Part shown: one piece after another, positions 39,140 to 41,474 of the stretch
Layout: every line of letters starts with the position of its first letter
Numbering within the stretch: the first letter of the stretch is position 1
Program-made: the position numbers and the translations under genes
Source: Anaerolineae bacterium
Lineage (GTDB): Bacteria > Chloroflexota > Anaerolineae > B4-G1 > SLSP01
Assembly: GCA_034432995.1 (NCBI GenBank)
Contig: DAOUAY010000624.1
Span: 1 to 41,474 of the forward strand
Length of the DNA: 41,474 nt
Reading direction: 5' to 3'
Notes under the pieces: model-generated
What the model was told of the DNA's origin: nothing
Database searches by the model: none
Seen by the model: only the letters and a program-made list of their open reading frames with translations

Positions 39140-41218
39140 CTAGGGAAGATCGAGGACGCCCCAAACACAGATTTTACCGCTGTCGGAGCCGATAAAAGCA
39201 GCGCCAGAGCCATCCAGGGTGAGTGCGGTGATGGCTTCGTTAGTAACGCGCAGGCGATGCATGGTCAGGTTGGCATCGGCAAAAAGCAGGTCTCCCCCCG
39301 TCGTCCCCCCGAGGATAAGGGACTTCTCCCCCCCACTTTCCCCTCCAATGGGGGGGACGTAAGGGGGGGAGATCCACAGCAGCACCGCGAGCGCGCCATC
39401 GAGCGCCGGTCGGCGTTGATGCACCTTCACCCCCTGCGCCAGGTTCCACAGCACCCACTGCCCGGCCTCGTCCACGGATAAGGCGTAGTCGCCCTGCGGC
39501 GCAAAGGCAATGAAGCGCACCGGCGCGCTGTGACCTTCCAGTACGGCGAGTTCAGTGCCCGCGCTCAGATCCCACAGGCGGACTACACCATCGGCAGCGC
39601 CCGACAGCGCGCGCGGCGGCGAGGCATGTGTTGCCAATGCCGTCACCGGACTCTCCGGGGCAGGCAACAGCCACACCAGCCCGCCAGTCTCCGGCTTCAC
39701 TACCCACAGATAGCCGTTCTCCAGTCCCAGCACCAGTTGTGATGCTCCATCGACATAAGCCAGCGTTTGAATACGCGAAAAGGTTGAAACCCGACTGCGC
39801 AACACGCGCGTCCACGACGGGAATGCATACACGTAGAGATCGCGCTCTTGCGCCACAGCGACCTGCCCGGCAGAGCGGGAGAGCGCAAAAACAGCAGGCG
39901 GCAGCCCATTGGCGACCCGCATCACCTGGGCCAACGCCGGGAAACTGTGACGTGATGTCGTCGCGGATTGCATGGCTCGCACCTCGCCGTTGGCGGCATC
40001 CAGGGCTAAAACCGGCTCCGGTGCGGTGTGATAGCAACCGAGCAGCCTGGCGGTCGAGGCAAATGGCTCGCCCGGCGTCGGCACAGGCGTACCGGCGGCA
40101 ACGGGCCAGTAGTAAGGTGTTGGCGTCAACGTCGGCGTGCTGGTGAAGGTGGGCCAGGGCGTGGGTGTTGCGCCAATAGCCAGCGCCGGGCGTACCGTCG
40201 TCGTCAGCGGGGCAAAGACGGACACCGGATAGAACTGCGCGACGCCCCACAAGGCCGCAAGTACCCCCGCCACGGCAAACAGCTTGGCAGGCCAGCCTTC
40301 AAAAATCAACACAAGCCACGTCAGACCGAGCGCCAGCGCCCAGATCCCCCCGATCAGAAAAGTCGGCCCTAGCACATGCAGCAGCGCACGCCACGACGCT
40401 ACGAACAGCCCGACTGTCGCAGCGGAGAAAGACCGGCCAAACCATGCCCGTATATCCGGCGGCTGGAACATATCCAAAATAGCCAGCAGCCCGACCGCGC
40501 CGACAATCAACCCCGAAGTGAGCAATGGAACACTGATGCAGACCCACCGCTTGCGATCAGGCACCAGCAAAGTGGCGACAAGCGCCAGCGCCAACGCCAA
40601 CAGCGGCGCATACCACACCCAGCGCAGCCATGGCGGAGATTCGGGCCACGCGGCCATCGTGTCCGTCTCGGCCTCGGCAAACAGGGCGGCCAGCTCGGCG
40701 ACATAATCCTGCCACCACACCTGCTGTAGCTGCCCCACGGCGGAATGCGCGCCTGGATCGACGGGGACGCAATAGGACGTATCAGCCTCTGCGCAGGATG
40801 GCAGCGCGCGCCACAACCAATCACGCAAGAGTTCTCCTTGCGCCCCGGTCAGGTACTGTTCCACGTCTGGCGCCAGGCGCTCTGGGGGCGGCGCCTCGCC
40901 AAATCCCCAGGCGATCCAGGCCGGGCCCAGGCGCATCACTGCCGCTTCGACATCCACAGTCGCCAACGCCGCATCGAACAGCGCGCGCAGCGTCTCCGGC
41001 TCACGCGACACCCACGGCGACCACACCTCAGCGGGAATCTGGCGCGGCAGATCGACGGCAAGCGCAGTGCTGGCCTGTGCGACAAAATCGCTTTCGCGCA
41101 ACCAGCGCTGATAGAAAACCGGATTCAACAGTGTGTAACGCGCCAGCCACGTCGTCAGCGCAAAGACACTCACCAACGAAGCGAGCAAGCTCAGAACAAG
41201 CGCGATACGCAGTTTCAT
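39140..41218 (-). CDS. Polytopic membrane protein with a C-terminal WD40-like beta-propeller and an in-frame repeat-element insertion
   Basis: Signal peptide or TM at the N-terminus, several TM segments in the middle, and a TPTPWPTFTSTPTLTPTP linker. WD-type blades are present (GVVRLWDLSAGTELAVLEGHSAPVRFIAFAPQGDYALSVDEAGQWVLWNL). There is no SD before the ATG at 41218, so the start is moderately uncertain. Confidence 0.75.
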   Translation of the reverse strand: MKLRIALVLSLLASLVSVFALTTWLARYTLLNPVFYQRWLRESDFVAQASTALAVDLPRQIPAEVWSPWVSREPETLRALFDAALATVDVEAAVMRLGPAWIAWGFGEAPPPERLAPDVEQYLTGAQGELLRDWLWRALPSCAEADTSYCVPVDPGAHSAVGQLQQVWWQDYVAELAALFAEAETDTMAAWPESPPWLRWVWYAPLLALALALVATLLVPDRKRWVCISVPLLTSGLIVGAVGLLAILDMFQPPDIRAWFGRSFSAATVGLFVASWRALLHVLGPTFLIGGIWALALGLTWLVLIFEGWPAKLFAVAGVLAALWGVAQFYPVSVFAPLTTTVRPALAIGATPTPWPTFTSTPTLTPTPYYWPVAAGTPVPTPGEPFASTARLLGCYHTAPEPVLALDAANGEVRAMQSATTSRHSFPALAQVMRVANGLPPAVFALSRSAGQVAVAQERDLYVYAFPSWTRVLRSRVSTFSRIQTLAYVDGASQLVLGLENGYLWVVKPETGGLVWLLPAPESPVTALATHASPPRALSGAADGVVRLWDLSAGTELAVLEGHSAPVRFIAFAPQGDYALSVDEAGQWVLWNLAQGVKVHQRRPALDGALAVLLWISPPYVPPIGGESGGEKSLILGGTTGGDLLFADANLTMHRLRVTNEAITALTLDGSGAAFIGSDSGKICVWGVLDLP
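39291..39371. repeat. G/C-homopolymer-rich element inside a CDS (in frame), related to the 33-bp unit at 18591-18775
   Basis: Tracts are C6, C6, C7-8, C4, G7 and G7. The minus strand reads cccccccattggagggg and encodes PPIGGESGGE, compared with cccccccatcggggggg encoding PPIGGDRGRG in the adaptor gene. The C7...G7 tracts (39328-39356) can pair. Confidence 0.7.
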
Positions 41219-41220
41219 AG

Positions 41221-41248
41221 CGAATTACGAATTACGAATTACGAATTG
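41221..41248. repeat. Heptanucleotide tandem repeat CGAATTA x4
   Basis: Three perfect units plus cgaattg. It begins 3 nt upstream of the ATG (41218) of the minus-strand WD40 gene. Confidence 0.9.
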
Positions 41249-41250
41249 CA

Positions 41251-41285
41251 AGTAAAGAGTGAAGAGTGAAGAGTAAAGAATGGAG
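41251..41285. repeat. Heptanucleotide tandem repeat AGTRAAG x5 (degenerate)
   Basis: agtaaag agtgaag agtgaag agtaaag aatggag. This is a near reverse complement of the CCTTACT array. Confidence 0.85.
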
Positions 41286-41303
41286 GGAAAAGTCTTTGTT
41301 GCA

Positions 41304-41352
41304 CCTTACTCCTTACTCCTTACTCCTTACTCCTTACTCCTTACTCCTTACT
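41304..41352. repeat. Heptanucleotide tandem repeat CCTTACT x7 (perfect)
   Basis: Seven identical contiguous units at 41304-41352. Confidence 0.95.
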
Positions 41353-41474
41353 CGACTTTTGCAGCGCCGAAAAGGGGCGCGGAACCTTAACAACAACAGA
41401 TAATCAGGGCGTGTTCCAGGGAGCGAGCCGCACGCTCCCCTCCCAGCCACCGGAGTGGCCGGGCTATGAGAACC

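Noticed and set aside
41380-41474. Structured GC-rich segment at the window edge (gggagcg-agccgca-cgctccc hairpin; ggagtggccgggctatgagaacc is vaguely thi-box-like). It could be a riboswitch or small RNA.
   Set aside because: The conserved TPP-riboswitch CUGAGA core is not matched (CUAUGAGA) and the element is truncated by the window end. The sequence available is too short to support any RNA-family call.

Overview
GC-rich bacterial chromosomal window. The gene content and repeat types resemble Chloroflexota-type genomes, but that is inference only and cannot be proven from the sequence. About 38 protein genes are supported and most are housekeeping. I found no rRNA, tRNA, CRISPR array, transposase or integrase. 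Plus-strand genes: an HExxH/WLNEG zinc metalloprotease, murI, three small lower-GC membrane or hypothetical genes, a GH13 lipoprotein, a four-helix-bundle protein, mreB, a MacAB-like exporter operon with two tandem paralogous adaptors plus an ABC ATPase and an FtsX permease, a GAF sensor kinase and a DUF4258 protein. Minus-strand genes: a partial DUF2723 membrane protein, a HIT protein, a complete N-ATPase-type F1Fo operon in the order atpD-atpC-small TM gene-atpB-atpE-atpF-atpA-[PII-like]-atpG, a carbohydrate-related trio (hypothetical, DUF5060/DUF4038, Gfo/Idh/MocA), an AI-2E transporter, lepA, tlyA, rluD, hutI, an SLT-domain protein, sbcD and a membrane WD40 protein. Main items worth a second look: (1) A DarA/PstA-like (DUF970, c-di-AMP-receptor family) PII-like gene sits between atpA and atpG of the N-ATPase operon with an ATGA overlap, and a HIT gene follows 8 nt after atpG. 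The c subunit carries a full Na+-type ligand set with two Glu, and subunit b is a b-delta fusion. (2) A 33-bp x5 palindromic tandem array rich in G7/C7 tracts lies inside the first adaptor gene and coincides with a +1 frame break. One odd C8 tract is the obvious culprit. (3) Related G/C-homopolymer palindromic elements are inserted in frame in two other unrelated genes. (4) Three tandem TGACC-N1-2-GGTCA palindromes overlap an extended -10 promoter upstream of the exporter operon. (5) Heptanucleotide tandem-repeat arrays occur in several intergenic regions, with three different arrays side by side at 41221-41352. (6) The sensor kinase has Arg in place of the phospho-acceptor His. All functional calls come from motif recognition by eye, and no database search was possible.
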